Assembly: GCA_009602725.1 (NCBI GenBank)
Contig: WELB01000028.1
Span: 166,598 to 230,597 of the forward strand
Origin: Spirogloea muscicola
Lineage: Eukaryota
Direction of reading: 5' to 3'
Length of the DNA: 64,000 bases
The notes below the pieces were generated by a model, which saw nothing but the letters and a program-made list of their open reading frames with translations, was not told the origin of the DNA and did not search any database. A program made the position numbers and the translations under genes. Shown piece after piece: positions 59,201 to 64,000 of the stretch. The number at the start of each line of letters is the position of its first letter. The stretch's first letter is position 1.

Positions 59201-62200
59201 GGAGGAGCCACCTTTGCTTGTCCCTGCTCTTGATGGCGACATGCAGGCAATCCATGGTGGTGATGGTAGCTCTGACAGGTTGGCAGTAGGCGACTCTGAG
59301 GTATCCTGGCACAACCAAGCGTGTGATATAGCGGCAATGCCCGAGATGCCTGTGGGGCAACTTGAGACGGGCACAGCACCTGATCAAGAAGCTCTTCATG
59401 GTGACCAAGTACTGGCAGGTTCTGGCAGTATTGGTAATGGCAGTTCAGAGCAATTGGAGCTGAAGGAGCCACAGCAGGTGCAGGAGTCAGCATCGGCAAG
59501 CTTGCCAGGCGCCATTGATGGAGGAGCTTTGGACGATGCCTGCGAGCCGAGATCGTTGGAGAAGGGATCCCTGGCCCATGGCAATGACAGGTTGACTGAC
59601 GTGCTCAGAGCACCTTCACACGCGATTGAGGACCATGTTGATGGCTTGCCAAATGCCGTTCAGCAGCCCGACATTGCGGATGCGCAGAATGCCCCCCTGG
59701 TCATCCTTGACAAGCCTCAGGAGATGACGCGGGCCAGTGAAGAACGGCGAAGCATGAACGTAGACGAGACTGTGGTGCAGGGAGAGGGCCTGGAGCAGGC
59801 CAAGTCAAGGAGCGCCGCGCTCTATGAGCCAGGGTACGAGCCGAGCATGAGCATGCTTGACATTTTAATCTCAGAGGCGCACAAATATGGGCAGATCAAG
59901 GAGTGGGTTCTGAGATCCGCGCTCAAGAGGCACAACAGAAACGAGAGCATGGAACAGGTGGGCGATTTGGATGCCGGCCCAGCGGACGCGCTCGAGCTGC
60001 ATGTCAAGGTACCTGTCCCGGCCGCAGGTGGCGAGCAGCACTACGCCGTAAGCTCTGCTGAAGGAAAGGTCACTCCAGCGGAGGAGCTCAATCCGTCTCC
60101 ACCTGTGGAGGTAATGGCTGTGAGCCCTTCGGGAGCGCCATCTCCATCCTCCACCACATCAGAGAGCCAAGAGCCAAGCGTCGCTTCAGTAGCGGATTCA
60201 TCGCTTTTTCCTCCAGAGCAAGTGAGCCCCCAACCTCAATGGACCTGATGTCAGCACTCACTCGCCGTGTCTGCTAAGTGAGATGTCATGCATGCTGGGT
60301 GCCTGCGTCTTGATCATGAGCTGCCTGAGCAGTTGAGCAGTGGCTCATGTGAAAGTTGATAATACTTGGTGCTGGCAGGATGTGCCGCCTGGAGCGAGGA
60401 AATCAGACAAGCTCTCAAGCTCGGCTCCAGCTTGGGTTCCAAGTGTACCTTCGGCGTCTGCAAACTTTGTGACGAGCGATGAGATGGAGCTCCACGACAC
60501 CGACTTGGACGCCGATATTGACCTGGAGGACAGCGGAAACTGGAGCTCGGCGGTGGCAGGCGTGCTGAGGGAGGATCCCACGTCGCCACCAAGGGCGGGC
60601 GCGTCTCCAGCAATCATGCAGACAGGCTCTGCAGTCAAGTCCCAGCCCAGCTGGAGCGTGCAATCCGTGGCGGAGCGGGAGAGGTTGGCACCAGAGGGTG
60701 CCTTGGACCCTGGGAGCCTATCGCGCCTTTCGGGGCTGGGACGGGGCGCGCGGCGGCAGCTTGCAGCTGTGCTCGACGAGTTTTGGGGCATCATCTTTGA
60801 CTTGCACGGGCAGCCTGTGGCTGCGAATAGCGGCGGCCAGCAGCAGCACCTGGCGCTAGGACGAGTGGGAATCAAGGGAGGCAACGGCAGAGCTGGCGCC
60901 CAGTCAGTGCCGCAGGACCAGCAGAATATGGCAGGCATGCCGGGGCTTGCGGCATACAAGCACAGCGGCGAGAAATCTTCAGCGGCAGGGCTCTCTGGGG
61001 CGTTCAGTCGCCAGGCCCCACACACCATCTCGGCGTCTACGCTCCGGCAGTTTGCCAGTGTCTCACGGTTGCCGCACTCTGACGGGCGCGGGCATCACAA
61101 CCATGCTGCCGGGGAGAATGGCAGCCTCTCGATGCCCAACCTGTTCAGTTTGCCCGGCTATCCGGCGAGTGGCGATGCTATCGCTGCGTTGGACCGTGGG
61201 CAGGGCGCCAACGTGCCCACCTACCAGCTGCAGCGACGAGCCACGTCGACAACATTGGCAAGGATGGGCCTGGACATTGGCAGCCACAGGTACGGCGATA
61301 GCAACATCAACCTCCATGACATACAGAGGGATGCACAGCTATCGTACTCCCAGGGCTCCATGGGGAGGCCCGGGGGTATGGCCATGTACGGCATGTCGTA
61401 CACTGTCGGGGCCAACTCCAGACAGTTTGACAATGACGTGGAGTACGCAATTGAGGCCCGAGCGCGGCGGCAGGTGCTGGAGCTCATGGAGGCCTACTTG
61501 CCGTTTTCGAACAGGGCCACACCCATGTCGTCGGTGGTAGAGCCGCCGGTACGCTCCTACCACCAGGACAAGGGCCGTAGTTCCTTTGAGAGGGAACGGC
61601 TGCAGGGAGATGGCGGCTGGGATGGTGGGGCGCTCGGTGGGCACCTGGGCTACCATGAACGTCTGTCAGAAGCAGACCCCCCCCCCATGCGTAGCTTCCA
61701 GGCCGACGGTGTGAAGAGCTCAGCGGGGGGGTACAACCCAGAGATGGAGCAGCAAGCAGGGCATGCGAGGGCTCATGCCCGTCGACAAGCGCCTGGCTTG
61801 CATGACTGGAGCGACAGTGAAGGGGCAGCTCGGCCTGGGTATGGGAACCTCGAGGGGGGCCCCCTGTCCTTTGACGACTTGGCGCCATCCCAGCAGATGC
61901 GCGACGCTTTCTCCCTGCAGCACCCGTCCTCCTCTGCCGAGCTCAAGTCGTTCTGGTCCAAGCAGCCTCATGAAACTCTCTTCGGCCCTACGCATGATCA
62001 GGTACAAGCATTAAACCCTCAAATTAATGCCGAGGCTATGGACAGAGTGCACATGCAGGCAGGTTAGTGGTTGTTACTGTGCTCGGCTTCATATATGCTT
62101 GGCCTCACGGCATTCACAAATGCTTACCAATAGAGCTGACAGAGCCACATCCACTTCAGAATGCGGTACCATGTGTAGGGTCAGAGTTTGACTACACTCG

Positions 62201-63607
62201 GGCCATTTTTGGAGGGCGGAATCATTGGCGTGTGCCCATCATTGCTTCCAGCCTTTGCAAGGCATTAACTGACCCGCCTGCCCTGTGTGCTTCTCAGGGT
62301 CAAGCAACCAGCACGTGGTCACAACCTGCAGGTGCGCAGCATGAGCTCGACAATCAGGAGAAAGACGAGTTGCTCATGAGGCTCCGAAGCTGCCTGCACC
62401 AGCTACTCAAGATTGAGGGCTCCAGCTGGCTGTTCCGGTACGAGTGCGGTGCAGACGAGGACGTGATTGCGGCCGTAGTCGATCAGGAAAGGAAGCTGTA
62501 CCAGGAGGCTGTCCATCTTGTGGTGAACGGCCAGATGAGCAGCAGGGAGGACAAGGGCCTCACAACTCTAAGCTTTCACAGGAAGCCCAAGGCCAGCAGC
62601 GACAGCATTGGGGGCAAGGAGGCGCTCCCCGTCCTCTCGCCTGCTCAGCAGGTCCTTGCCATGGAGGCGGTGCTACTGGCAGCCTCCATTTGGGGCTGCG
62701 GGGAAGCATGCCTCTGGTCCCCAACGCTCCTGGTCAACTTTGGAGTCTGGTGTGTGCACAGGGTCCTTGAGCTAGCCCAGATGGAGAGCCGGCCTGAGCT
62801 TTGGGGCAAGTACACCTATGTTCTCAACAGGCTGCAGGTAATTGTTAACTGTCAACATTCGAGATTGCTGCTTAAGTACCTCAGAATTTTGCAACCTATG
62901 CAAGCATTGCTGCACGTGCCACGAATGTTGCAATAGGTTGCTGGTGCAGGCCAGGCAGTTCTTGAGTCCACAATGACCTCGGACGTGCTTGACGCTCGAC
63001 ATTCCCTGCTGAATCCCATAGATTCTGTGATGACCTTGGAAGCTCAACCTGAGCACGTGCAGTAGGAGGCGTGCAAGGTCCACGAGCACTTGGCCAACTT
63101 TGACCTTGCTGACGACAATCATGGCTTTGCACGTCTCCACTTGTGCAGGGTATCCTGGACCCCGCATTTTCCAAGCCACGCACCGTGCCTGCCCTGTGCA
63201 AGTGCTTTGGCGACAAGGTGGGGCAGGACGCAGTCTGTGCCCAGCAGTGGGGATCGCAGCACGCGCTGGCCCAGTCCATGGCCGGCGGCTTCCGGCAGGG
63301 TGGCGCCACGCCAGCAACTTCGACGCCATACTCGCGGAGCAAGGGCCCACCAGCATCCGTGTTCCTGGACATAGTGAAGGAGGTGGAGACGGCGGTGGGT
63401 GCCCGGAAGGGCCGCACGGGCACTGCAGCAGGCGATGTCGCCTTCCCCAAGGGCAAGGAGAACCTGGCATCCGTCTTGAAGCGGTACAAGCGGCGGCTAG
63501 GGAACAAGCAGCCAGGTGGGAGCCTCACAACGATGACAGCGTGTGCCAGTAGCACAGGGCCACCACAGCGCCGTGGGCATCAGCATCAGTCATGGGTCCG
63601 CATATGA
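56216..63607 (+). CDS. EIN2: ETHYLENE INSENSITIVE 2 (NRAMP-like N-terminus + CEND)
   Basis: [120 protein letters not shown]. The start may be 56047 (n at 56122). Confidence 0.96.
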
Positions 63608-64000
63608 CATCAACGTTTTAGCAGCGTGCACGAGCCAGCGAGCTGCGGGTGTGCTGCGCCGGCCATCTCCCTCACCCCTCTATAACCAGTTTCCGTGCAC
63701 AGCTTTTTGTACAACCTCCTTTTTCCTGCCTTGCTCCCCACTGACGATCAACAGCAGCGGCGTGTGGCCCACGTGCTGCCACTCGTACAGTTGGCGACTC
63801 CTCCCACTCGCATTTGTAGTAAGACTTCAGGTACGCCACATCCTAGTGCAATAGAGTTGGTGGACGATAGAGTTTGCTATTCGGCAAAAAATTGCCGCAT
63901 TTTGCTCGCGTCACCAGCAGCTTGTTCAGACCAGTGGTAGAAGTGACAGTCAATCGGTGCTGCTGCGCACCAGCTTCAGTCCAGCCCCCACAGTGGTGGC

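Noticed and set aside
60345..63555. Long antisense ORFs over EIN2 (and over the LOTUS-like genes and PABP)
   Set aside because: Expected shadows of GC-rich coding sequence, with no independent motifs.

Overview
This is a gene-dense eukaryotic nuclear window. It is most likely from a streptophyte alga or early land plant; that is an inference from a full NRAMP+CEND EIN2, plant-type MDHAR, allantoinase and PIG-Y, and GT-AG introns. Recognisable intron-containing genes are plastid MDHAR, a GDPD, allantoinase, RPS24, PABP, Misato/DML1, calreticulin, PIG-Y and EIN2. Unnamed genes are a tandem pair of LOTUS/OST-HTH-like + coiled-coil proteins, a 124-aa single-TM protein missed by the ORF track, and a stop-interrupted relic. 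The intergenic DNA is the most unusual part. It holds dense nests of about 40 (counted by eye) heavily 5'-truncated non-LTR retroelements of several related families (my labels A-G) encoding a CRE-type restriction-like endonuclease C-terminus. Most share a GGGCTGGC-N7/8-GCC 3' motif and end in TTCT-type tails instead of poly(A). They insert into each other with visible TSDs, and I saw none in the introns of the intact genes. One family sits in sense orientation about 40-85 bp upstream of three ATGs. All calls were made by eye, so exon boundaries and element edges are approximate. Four single 'n' bases probably hide assembly gaps.
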